A stretch of 32,000 bases of DNA, from NCBI GenBank assembly GCA_942493105.1, contig OW818668.1, forward strand, positions 1,980,001-2,012,000, in the 5' to 3' direction. The position numbers and the translations under genes are program-made. Source of the stretch: an uncultured Erysipelotrichaceae bacterium. Its GTDB lineage: Bacteria > Bacillota_I > Bacilli_A > Erysipelotrichales > Erysipelotrichaceae. Below, piece after piece: positions 1 to 8,077 of this stretch (positions are counted from its first letter, which is position 1; each line of letters starts with the position of its first letter). The notes beneath the pieces were generated by a model that saw only the letters and a program-made list of their open reading frames with translations, was not told the origin of the DNA and ran no database searches.

Positions 1-310
1 CATCCAGAAATACTGGTGATCCAAGATCATTGATCCAACGATATTCACCATCATGACGTTTTAATCGATATTCCATTTCAAAAGGTACCCTAAGCGCAAA
101 AGCATCCAGGTATATTTTTAAACAACGCTCAAAATCATCTGGATGTACACCTGTAGCCCAACCATTACCCATTTCTTCGGATATTGATCGACCTGTAAAT
201 TTAAGCCACGTCGCATTAAAATAGTTACACAAGGCATCGGTTCCAGCTCTCCAAATCATATTTGGAGAGGCTTCTACGATGATTTCGTATTCACTGGTAC
301 TTAGATTCAT
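1..310 (-). CDS. PAS-domain sensor protein, N-terminal part (gene runs off the window start)
   Basis: This ORF is not in the track. My translation from the ATG at 310..308 gives MNLSTSEYEIIVEASPNMIWRAGTDALCNYFNATWLKFTGRSISEEMGNGWATGVHPDDFERCLKIYLDAFALRVPFEMEYRLKRHDGEYRWINDLGSPVFLD, open to position 1. It shows a PAS-fold pattern (W..G...HPDD, then DGxxRW). An AAGGAGG SD lies at 314..320 (minus strand). Confidence 0.7.
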   Translation of the reverse strand, partial: MNLSTSEYEIIVEASPNMIWRAGTDALCNYFNATWLKFTGRSISEEMGNGWATGVHPDDFERCLKIYLDAFALRVPFEMEYRLKRHDGEYRWINDLGSPVFLD

Positions 311-473
311 GATCCTCCTTTTGTTAAGAGAACGTCAACATTCACATTATAACACTCCTTTTTTCTAAATTATATCAAATATTAATCTTGTCTTTTAAAT
401 ATAGTATGAGCACATCAACTGAACTTTCCAGTACTTCTACGTATACTGTGTTTGAAAAGAAAAGAGGACCAAT

Positions 474-857
474 ATGCTACAAGAATATGTTAGAGCGACA
501 ACAAAATCGTATGAATCAACATTATCTGATCTCAAAAACAAACTCCTTGAAAGAAGGTTTGGTGTTTTAGCATCCATTTCATTATCAGATAAAATCAAAG
601 ATAAGGGTATCGAATACTTAGGACAGTTGACCATCTTAGAGGTCTGTAATCCTTTTGAAGCTGCAGCTGCGCTTGAAATCAATTCTGCAGCTGCATATTT
701 CTTACCATGCAAAATTTTAGTCAGAGAAGTTAATGGTTGTGCTTTGATCGAAATGGCGAAACCATCATCTTTGGTCGAAATCTTGGGTGACGCAAAATTA
801 AGTGTTTTTGCTAAAAAAATAGAAAATCTTTTGATTGAAGCAGCTGAAGCAGTTTAA
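474..857 (+). CDS. DUF302-like small protein
   Basis: 127 aa ORF with an AAGAGGA SD just upstream. Its size and the LTILEVCNP...YFLPCKILV pattern match what I recall of DUF302. Confidence 0.55.
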   Translation: MLQEYVRATTKSYESTLSDLKNKLLERRFGVLASISLSDKIKDKGIEYLGQLTILEVCNPFEAAAALEINSAAAYFLPCKILVREVNGCALIEMAKPSSLVEILGDAKLSVFAKKIENLLIEAAEAV

Positions 858-946
858 TCTTTGGTTTCATATACATATGTGTCTCAAAATCCTTTCTCAA
901 TAGTATAATGAAATCAAAGAGAATGCTTTCATTAAAGGAGGACCTT

Positions 947-1411
947 ATGGGATATGAAATCAAACCCGCCTATGACCGACTCGATGAAGTCATAACTTTG
1001 TTTAGAGAGTACCATAAGATGTTAGGGGTCGATCTAAACTTTCAAGACTTTGAAAAAGAATTAAAAACTTTGCCTGGAAAATACACAACTCCTGATGGAC
1101 GACTTTATGTGATTTACTTAGAAGGTAAACTTGCTGGGTGTATTGCACTTAGACGCTATGATGAAACACGCTGTGAAATGAAACGCCTCTTTGTTAGACC
1201 TCAGTTTAGAGGTTTACGTTTAGGTCAAATTCTCGCTGAAAAGATTATTCAAGATGCCAAAGGTATTGGCTATGAAGAAATGATATTGGATACTTTAGCC
1301 TCTCTTGAAAGTGCAGTTTATATGTATCGTAAGATGGGATTTGAAGAAGTTGAACCTTATTATGATAATCCTTTAGATGATGTCATTTATTTTAAACTTA
1401 AACTTAAATAG
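947..1411 (+). CDS. GNAT family N-acetyltransferase
   Basis: Contains the acetyl-CoA motif RPQFRGLRLGQILAE (Q/RxxGxG/A type). I prefer the ATG at 947 because AAAGGAGG lies at 934..941. The track start at 908 sits inside a TATAAT box (904..909). Confidence 0.8.
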   Translation: MGYEIKPAYDRLDEVITLFREYHKMLGVDLNFQDFEKELKTLPGKYTTPDGRLYVIYLEGKLAGCIALRRYDETRCEMKRLFVRPQFRGLRLGQILAEKIIQDAKGIGYEEMILDTLASLESAVYMYRKMGFEEVEPYYDNPLDDVIYFKLKLK

Positions 1412-1426
1412 ACAAATACACTTAAT

Positions 1427-1461
1427 AAAGATGCCCGATATTGTTTGAAAGCATCTTTTTT
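1427..1461 (+). terminator. Rho-independent terminator after the GNAT gene
   Basis: Stem AAAGATGC (1427..1434) pairs with GCATCTTT (1451..1458) and is followed by a T-run. Confidence 0.6.
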
Positions 1462-1572
1462 ATATGGTTATAGAATGATGTGTAGATCTTCAATTTATAA
1501 GTTTCATCAAATTCACACTTACCCTAACTAGATTAACGCTATCTTTAATCTATACTTAACTTAGGAGATCTT

Positions 1573-1986
1573 ATGAAAAAAGCCATATACATCCTTATCG
1601 TGACTTTTTTATCTTTTTGGTTAATCAATTATGGGATAACTCTTGAACAAGAACCCTCTTTAATTAATGGGATCTATGTCTTGGAGTATGTCATTCCGGG
1701 ATTTGCGATCCTTGTCACCAATATTTTTGCGTTGATGTTTGAAAAAGAAAATCAACCTTGGATCATCTTCATGATCAGTATCGCTGTTTGCTTGATCGGA
1801 GAATTGATTGCCTTGAGTTATTATCAATACAATGATCAATTTTTAACGCTGACCCTGAAATTGATGAGTTTGGCTTTAATTGTCAGTATCATCAACATTA
1901 CATTATTAAGCTGTCTAAAATGGTGGATCAAAGGATTACCAAAACCATCTCATAGCATCAATAAAAATGTATCTAGTAAAAGTTAA
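1573..1986 (+). CDS. Hypothetical integral membrane protein (about 4 TM)
   Basis: 137 aa, hydrophobic throughout. AGGAG SD 5 nt upstream of the ATG. Confidence 0.6.
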   Translation: MKKAIYILIVTFLSFWLINYGITLEQEPSLINGIYVLEYVIPGFAILVTNIFALMFEKENQPWIIFMISIAVCLIGELIALSYYQYNDQFLTLTLKLMSLALIVSIINITLLSCLKWWIKGLPKPSHSINKNVSSKS

Positions 1987-1994
1987 GCCACTAA

Positions 1995-2016
1995 AAAGCA
2001 ACCCTAGGGTTGCTTT
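1995..2016. terminator. Bidirectional terminator between convergent genes
   Basis: Perfect palindrome AAAGCAACCC-TA-GGGTTGCTTT flanked by A-runs and T-runs. Confidence 0.75.
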
Positions 2017-2019
2017 GGT

Positions 2020-2364
2020 TTATTTATGACCTTCTTTAGGTACGATGCATATAAATTTAAAGGGTTTGTCACCAGCATTTTTAAATTGATGGAGTTCACC
2101 TCCAGGAACAAATGCATAAGAACCAGCCTCTACCTTATTCTCGACTCCATTAAGTAACAAAGTTCCTTGTCCTTCTAAGATCACATTGATATGTGGCCAA
2201 TCATGGGCATGTTTAGGGGTATAACCTTCTGGCGCAAGTTCAAATACGCGCATAACGTGTGAATCCCAACCTTCTTGAGGTCCCACCAAAACTTTCATCA
2301 ATGCATCTTTTGCTAACGGATTGGTAACAACTTGTCCAGTAATTTCTTTAAAGTTTCCTAACAT
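2020..2364 (-). CDS. Cupin domain protein
   Basis: 114 aa with cupin-like His/Glu motifs (PKHAHDWPHINVILEG ... GELHQFKN). AAAGGAAA SD upstream. Confidence 0.75.
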   Translation of the reverse strand: MLGNFKEITGQVVTNPLAKDALMKVLVGPQEGWDSHVMRVFELAPEGYTPKHAHDWPHINVILEGQGTLLLNGVENKVEAGSYAFVPGGELHQFKNAGDKPFKFICIVPKEGHK

Positions 2365-2422
2365 AATGTTTCCTTTTCAACCATTAAGGTCATAATTTAA
2401 ATAAAGTATATCATGAATTTTT

Positions 2423-2905
2423 CTAAGTGACTTTGGCTTTGACCACATCAGCAATTTGTCCTTGAACAGTATGAATCAAATCGCTTACTTTGATTTCCAT
2501 CTGTTGACCTATTCTACCTACCGAAACCAGCACAGTCTCCAATTTAGTTATTTTTTGATCAAAAAGTGTGACAAATTTTTTCTTCATCCCGACTGGACTA
2601 CACCCCCCTCTTACATAACCGCTCACATTTAACAAGGCAGAAACAGGGATCATTTCAATGTGCTTTTCATGAAGATGGACAGCAGCTATTTTAAGATCGA
2701 TTTCATCGGCACCATTGATGACCAATACATAATATTGATGGCTTGCCCCAATCACAATAAGGGTCTTATAAACTTTCTCAATGGGTTGATGAAGACGTTG
2801 AGCAACTTCGATCGCATCAAGCGCAAGCCCATCAGATTCATAAGAATGAATGACATATGAGATCTTGGCTTTATCTAAGATCCTTAAAGCGTTGGTCTTT
2901 TCCAT
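2423..2905 (-). CDS. ybaK: Cys-tRNA(Pro)/aminoacyl-tRNA deacylase, YbaK/EbsC family
   Basis: 160 aa. The N-terminus KTNALRILDKAKISY and the GGCSPVG motif are typical of YbaK/EbsC. Its ATG overlaps the stop of the upstream gene (TAATG at 2903..2907). Confidence 0.8.
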   Translation of the reverse strand: MEKTNALRILDKAKISYVIHSYESDGLALDAIEVAQRLHQPIEKVYKTLIVIGASHQYYVLVINGADEIDLKIAAVHLHEKHIEMIPVSALLNVSGYVRGGCSPVGMKKKFVTLFDQKITKLETVLVSVGRIGQQMEIKVSDLIHTVQGQIADVVKAKVT

Positions 2906-3843
2906 TAGGGTTTGTAGTTTTTTAAACTCAGGTTTATCTGTTCAACCAAGGCCTTAACAGTTGGATTTGTCGTATCGATACCTGTTGACCATGGTTTTGT
3001 TAAATCGATCGGACCAGAGAAATATCGTGCTTTTAGGATAATTTCAGGTCTATATTCATAATGTACTGTATCGAAATGGTTCCATTTCCCTCCCCATATG
3101 AACATATTGTCTTCAAACGCTTTAACGATGGACTTTGGATAGTTGATGATACGATCTCTGGCTTTTATAGGATCTGCCCATTGCCAATAATCTTGAGCAT
3201 GATAATGCATATCTAAAGCAATTCCATATGAATGCATACTTAAAAGCTGAGTTCCTGAAATGACACGATAATAATAGGTTCCACTGGATGGAGACAAGTA
3301 TGTCAGTAAATCAGGATTTGATTTTGCCAAATCAAATATACGATCAGTAGCTGTTTTGAAGGCAAGCTCAGCTTGATTGATCTTTGTGAATCTTAAAGTC
3401 TGCGTCCCATAAGTTACTTTCACTGTATTAGCGTACGTCAGTTCTTTACTATTGCCGTAAACATCATTAAAAAAAGCATACGTTCTATAACGACCAGGAT
3501 CGACGTCTTTTTCTGAGATCTCTACTGCATCAGTCAATGGATAGATTTGATCGAGCATATCTTGTATGTCAGCATTCGCTAATTTTTCTTCAGGAGTCTT
3601 TTCTAAGGTATCATCATATCGAATCTTGAGCCCTGATTTCATAACTAAATATGGCTTGGAATCAATCAACTCAAGTCCTTTTACATATTCAGGATAAGCC
3701 AACATCATGATCAACACATCCCGTTTTAAAGTCACGGAATATTTTGTCTCTGGATCTGGTTTAGGATCTTCAGGGATCGATTTACCACTGCAGCTTGTCA
3801 AGAAGATCAATAAAGCTATCCCTAACCCTAATCTATTTTTCAT
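2905..3843 (-). CDS. Lipoprotein, M15 (LAS-type) peptidoglycan metallopeptidase
   Basis: Lipobox LLIFLTSC|SG. Zinc-ligand motifs SMHSYGIALD (HxxGxAxD) and WGGKWNHFDTVHYEY (DxxH) are as in M15 D-Ala-D-Ala carboxypeptidase or L-Ala-D-Glu peptidase families. GAGGA SD upstream. Confidence 0.7.
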   Translation of the reverse strand: MKNRLGLGIALLIFLTSCSGKSIPEDPKPDPETKYSVTLKRDVLIMMLAYPEYVKGLELIDSKPYLVMKSGLKIRYDDTLEKTPEEKLANADIQDMLDQIYPLTDAVEISEKDVDPGRYRTYAFFNDVYGNSKELTYANTVKVTYGTQTLRFTKINQAELAFKTATDRIFDLAKSNPDLLTYLSPSSGTYYYRVISGTQLLSMHSYGIALDMHYHAQDYWQWADPIKARDRIINYPKSIVKAFEDNMFIWGGKWNHFDTVHYEYRPEIILKARYFSGPIDLTKPWSTGIDTTNPTVKALVEQINLSLKNYKP

Positions 3844-3930
3844 GTTTTCCTCATTAATGACGCAAAAATATAAAGAGAAAGATATTCCCGCTTCTATTAT
3901 AGGTCATTTGTGATATAAATCAGGTTCAAC

Positions 3931-4578
3931 TTAACTGATGGGGCGATAAAAAGGGTCTTTAGGATCAAAATAAACATGTTTTAAATTATAGTGGGCAAAA
4001 AATATAGCCAATCGATACTGTAGGATGATTAAAATTGAACCACCAAATAGGATCAGTCCATAAATCATCATCGGTGTTACTTCAAAACCTAAATTCAACA
4101 TAAGTTGAATATTGATGGCTGTATCTAATGGATCTTTGATTGCAATCAAAGCAGAAACAATACATACACCAACCATGATGATCGTCACAAACTTCGCTGT
4201 ATCAACAATCATATTCTCCATTTTTGAATTATCAAGATCTTGATAGAGACCCACACGAATCATAAATCTAGCAGCTAAGATACCTAAGATCAGATTAAAA
4301 ACAGGGACACCCATAAAGAATCCCAAAGTCATGATCGAATAAAAAACATAGATAAACATCAAGGCCAAAGGTTTTAGTGTTTCTAGAGATTTTAATACTG
4401 GTTTTAAAAAGAACACATCAATCAAGATACCAAAACCCATTCCAGCAAAAGCCACAGAAGAAACCTGAGCCTCACCGACTCGACCCAGACTTAACCACCA
4501 TCCGGCCAGAAAAAGAACCAACGGAATCAAACCCCAAAAAAGGATTTTATAAAGTATCATTTCTAATCGATTGAGCAT
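3931..4578 (-). CDS. Hypothetical integral membrane protein (about 6 TM)
   Basis: 215 aa, hydrophobic. Overlaps the upstream GNAT gene by 16 nt, so the two are probably co-transcribed. Confidence 0.6.
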   Translation of the reverse strand: MLNRLEMILYKILFWGLIPLVLFLAGWWLSLGRVGEAQVSSVAFAGMGFGILIDVFFLKPVLKSLETLKPLALMFIYVFYSIMTLGFFMGVPVFNLILGILAARFMIRVGLYQDLDNSKMENMIVDTAKFVTIIMVGVCIVSALIAIKDPLDTAINIQLMLNLGFEVTPMMIYGLILFGGSILIILQYRLAIFFAHYNLKHVYFDPKDPFYRPIS

Positions 4579-5147
4579 GGATCAAAGCCCTTTCTCAGTA
4601 TTGTTACCTGATCTTTCTGATCAATGATTTTAAAACCAAGATCCAAATACATCTTTGTAAAACCTCGATATGCTTTTTGTGGAGCTTGAGGAATCTCAAA
4701 AGGAAATCCCAACACCGCATCATATCCTGATTCAAAAAAATCATTTACAGCATGGTTTAATAATTGGCTGGCAACACCTTGGTGACGATATTGCGGATGT
4801 ATGACGAAACACACGACACAAGCGACTTTTTTGTCTACAATATAGGGCTGAATGAATGCAGTCAAACGTGGATAAGCATCAACGTGATTTGCATTGATCC
4901 ACCCAATAACCTTATCATGATCATAAGCAAGATAACCTTTCATAGTGCCTTGCCTAATGGCCTTAAGTGCCTCTTCCTGATTTTCCTTAGCACTTCGCTT
5001 TTTCCATTGGGCATCAGAACAATCATTATGATAGTATCGACAGAAACAACCTGCCCAATCAGGGGCATGATGAAAATCCATCTTTTCCAGATACGTTAAG
5101 TAATCTAATGCATTTTGGGGACCTAAAGCTTCTATGGTACAGTTCAT
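4563..5147 (-). CDS. GNAT family N-acetyltransferase
   Basis: 194 aa with the motif HPQYRHQGVASQLLNHAV (QxxGxA). GGAG SD upstream. A TATAAT box lies at 5182..5177 on the minus strand. Confidence 0.75.
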   Translation of the reverse strand: MNCTIEALGPQNALDYLTYLEKMDFHHAPDWAGCFCRYYHNDCSDAQWKKRSAKENQEEALKAIRQGTMKGYLAYDHDKVIGWINANHVDAYPRLTAFIQPYIVDKKVACVVCFVIHPQYRHQGVASQLLNHAVNDFFESGYDAVLGFPFEIPQAPQKAYRGFTKMYLDLGFKIIDQKDQVTILRKGFDPCSID

Positions 5148-5360
5148 CAGTGCTCCACAAGTATATTTACATATTTATTATACTAGATTCACTTATAACA
5201 TGACATCAATTCAATCCCATAGAATTTCTAGAGACTAATCAAAAAAACTGAATGCTTGCGAAAAATCTGATTCCCATTCAACAAATATAGTGTTAAAAAT
5301 AATTCTCATCATTTTCTAAACCATTTTGCTTTACTTTACACGAATGGTGGCTTATATTAA

Positions 5361-5389
5361 TTAAGTGTCTTAATGATTAACCCACTTAA
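5361..5389. promoter_or_regulatory. Inverted repeat, candidate MarR operator
   Basis: TTAAGTG (5361..5367) and CACTTAA (5383..5389) are 7-bp arms, located 17 nt upstream of the marR-like start and its SD. Confidence 0.35.
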
Positions 5390-5405
5390 CAGTTAAAGGA
5401 GACTT

Positions 5406-5873
5406 ATGGACGACAGCAAACAAGAGCGATATCACGACTTCATGGAAAAATACATGAATCTTCAAAGAATCATGCGTAGGCATCAAAAAGACAAACAAAG
5501 ATGCAATGCTTGGCTCTTGGTTGCCATTCACTCGATCAGTCATGGTGAAGCCGTCATGATTTCTCAAATCAGCTCAAAACTTGAAATCAGTAATGCTGCA
5601 ACGACTCAAATGATCGATACACTTGAAAGTCAAGGATTCGTTGAAAGACAATATGATCATGCTGATCGAAGAGTCACCTTGGTCAAACTAACCAGAGATG
5701 GTGATGCTGCCTTAAAATTTGCATTTATGCAGACAACCACTTATTTAGATGGTTTGTTTGATTTCTTAGGTGAAGAGGATACGTGTAATTTAATAAGATT
5801 AATTGATAAGATGATGGAATATACACTAAAGACTATGGAACCTAGTCTAGAAAAGAAAAAGGAAACATTATGA
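5406..5873 (+). CDS. MarR family transcriptional regulator
   Basis: 155 aa with a winged-HTH pattern (ISQISSKLEISNAATTQMIDTLESQGFVERQYDHADRRVTLVKLT). Its stop overlaps the next ATG (ATGA at 5870..5873). Confidence 0.85.
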   Translation: MDDSKQERYHDFMEKYMNLQRIMRRHQKDKQRCNAWLLVAIHSISHGEAVMISQISSKLEISNAATTQMIDTLESQGFVERQYDHADRRVTLVKLTRDGDAALKFAFMQTTTYLDGLFDFLGEEDTCNLIRLIDKMMEYTLKTMEPSLEKKKETL

Positions 5874-8077
5874 TCCGTTTGAAAAAGTATTTAAAACCTT
5901 TTATCGCTGCCATTGTATTGGCTATTGCTTTATTGTTTGTTCAAGCCTCTGCTGACTTAAATTTACCCAACTATATGTCGGATATCGTATCCATCGGGAT
6001 CCAACAAAAAGGTGTTGCTAATGCATCACCTGAGGCGCTAAGCATAAGCGGTTATGATCTTATTTCTACTTTAGCGACTCTTGATCAAAAAGAATCATTA
6101 AGTTCATCTTATAGCTTGATTACGGAACCTAACCAAGACCAACTCAAGAAATATCCAAACATGTCAGGCAAATCATTTTATGTGCTCAATAGTGACCTGA
6201 CAAAACTTCAGCGTGAAGCATTGGATGTGACTTTTGGTCAAGCTGTTTGGACTTTGATCTCACTAAACTCAGGTCAAGGTAGTTCAGGAGGACCGATGTC
6301 GATGGGCAGTTTGGATATCACCAAACTCTACCAAGCCATTCCAGGTTTAAAAATGTTACCAGCTCCTGTTTTAGAAGCTGCTCAAAACACATCATCAGAT
6401 ATCAGTGATACCTTAAAGAAACAAACCGGCGTCGTGATTGCCCAAGCTTTTTATACAGAATTAGGTGTCGATCTTGAATCCATGCAGATGAAGTATATCT
6501 TCAATACTGGACTATTAATGCTCTTGATTACTTTGATCGGTGCTGTCGCTACCATCTTGGTGGTCTTCTTGTCTTCACGTATTGGTGCTGCTTTATCTCG
6601 CAACTTAAGAAAAGACATCTTCAAAAAGGTAGAGTCTTTCTCTAACGAAGAGTTCGATACTTTTGCCTCATCATCACTAATTACCCGAACAACCAACGAT
6701 GTGACCCAAGTTCAGATGTTGATCACCATGGGTATACGGATCTTGTTTTATGCCCCGATCTTAGCCATTGGGGGGATTTATATGATTCTACAGACCAATG
6801 TCTCCATGGTTTGGATCATTGCCTTGGCTGTCAGCTTATTGATCATGATGATCGCAGGGATCTTTACAGTAGCCGTTCCAAAATTTAAGTTGACTCAGAA
6901 ACTGATCGATCGCTTAAACTTGGTGGCCCGCGAAGGCTTAAGCGGACTTATGGTCGTACGTGCTTTTGGAAATCAAGAATTCGAAGCGAAACGATTCGAT
7001 AAAGCCAATCGTAATTTGGCAGATACTTTACTCTTTGTCAATCGGGTCATGAATCTCTTGATGCCTTTCATGATGTTGATCATGAATCTTACAGTCGTCT
7101 TAATTGTTTGGGTCGGTGCTCATCAGATCGCTGAATCTAATTTACAAATCGGAGATATGCTGGCCTTCATGCAATATGCAATGCAAGTCATCATGGGCTT
7201 CCTTATGATCTCTATGGTCTTTATCATCTTCCCGCGTGCTCAAGTTTCTGCAGTACGTATCGCAGATGTCTTGGCTGTTGAAAACAAAATCGTAGATCCA
7301 AAAGATCCAAAAACTTTCAATCCTCTTCAAACAGGGGTCGTTGAATTTAAAAATGTTTCATTCAGATATGCCAACGCTGTAGAAGATGTCCTTCATGATG
7401 TCAGTTTTAAAGCTCTGCCAGGTCAAACAACCGCATTTATTGGTTCTACAGGTTCTGGTAAGAGTACACTGATCAACTTGATCCCACGCTTCTATGATGT
7501 CACTGAAGGTGCTATTTTAGTCAATGGCGTCGATGTTCGTGATGTAACTCAACATGACCTACATGAAACCATCAGTTATATCCCTCAAAAAGGCATGCTG
7601 CTTTCAGGTTCAGTCAATTTTAACTTAAAGTATGGTAAACGTGAAGCCACCCAAGAAGAAGTCCTCAAAGCCGCTTCAATCGCTCAAGCTGTTGATTTTA
7701 TCTCTCAAAAAGAAGAAGGCTTTGAATCCAATATCGCTCAAGCTGGAGCCAATGTATCTGGGGGTCAGAAACAACGTCTCTCGATTGCCAGAGCTTTGGT
7801 CAAAAATGCACCCATCATTATCTTTGATGACAGTTTCTCAGCCCTAGATTTTAAAACCGATCAGCGTTTACGAGAAGCCCTTCATAAAGAACTGCGTCAG
7901 TCGACCTTATTGATCGTCGCCCAACGGGTATCCACCATCATGAATGCGGATCAAATCATTGTCTTAGAAGACGGAAAAGTTGTTGGTCAAGGAACCCATC
8001 GTGAACTCTTGATCAGTTGTCCTACCTATTATGAAATCGCATCTTCGCAGTTATCTCAGGAGGAATTGGCGTTATGA
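5870..8077 (+). CDS. ABC exporter subunit (TMD-NBD half transporter) with a degenerate NBD
   Basis: Walker A GSTGSGKS and signature VSGGQKQR are present. Walker B is IIIFDDS, with Asp in place of the catalytic Glu (codons 7826..7831). The H-loop reads AQR, with Gln at 7922..7924 instead of His. An unusually long hydrophilic segment lies between TM1 and TM2. Confidence 0.9.
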   Translation: MIRLKKYLKPFIAAIVLAIALLFVQASADLNLPNYMSDIVSIGIQQKGVANASPEALSISGYDLISTLATLDQKESLSSSYSLITEPNQDQLKKYPNMSGKSFYVLNSDLTKLQREALDVTFGQAVWTLISLNSGQGSSGGPMSMGSLDITKLYQAIPGLKMLPAPVLEAAQNTSSDISDTLKKQTGVVIAQAFYTELGVDLESMQMKYIFNTGLLMLLITLIGAVATILVVFLSSRIGAALSRNLRKDIFKKVESFSNEEFDTFASSSLITRTTNDVTQVQMLITMGIRILFYAPILAIGGIYMILQTNVSMVWIIALAVSLLIMMIAGIFTVAVPKFKLTQKLIDRLNLVAREGLSGLMVVRAFGNQEFEAKRFDKANRNLADTLLFVNRVMNLLMPFMMLIMNLTVVLIVWVGAHQIAESNLQIGDMLAFMQYAMQVIMGFLMISMVFIIFPRAQVSAVRIADVLAVENKIVDPKDPKTFNPLQTGVVEFKNVSFRYANAVEDVLHDVSFKALPGQTTAFIGSTGSGKSTLINLIPRFYDVTEGAILVNGVDVRDVTQHDLHETISYIPQKGMLLSGSVNFNLKYGKREATQEEVLKAASIAQAVDFISQKEEGFESNIAQAGANVSGGQKQRLSIARALVKNAPIIIFDDSFSALDFKTDQRLREALHKELRQSTLLIVAQRVSTIMNADQIIVLEDGKVVGQGTHRELLISCPTYYEIASSQLSQEELAL

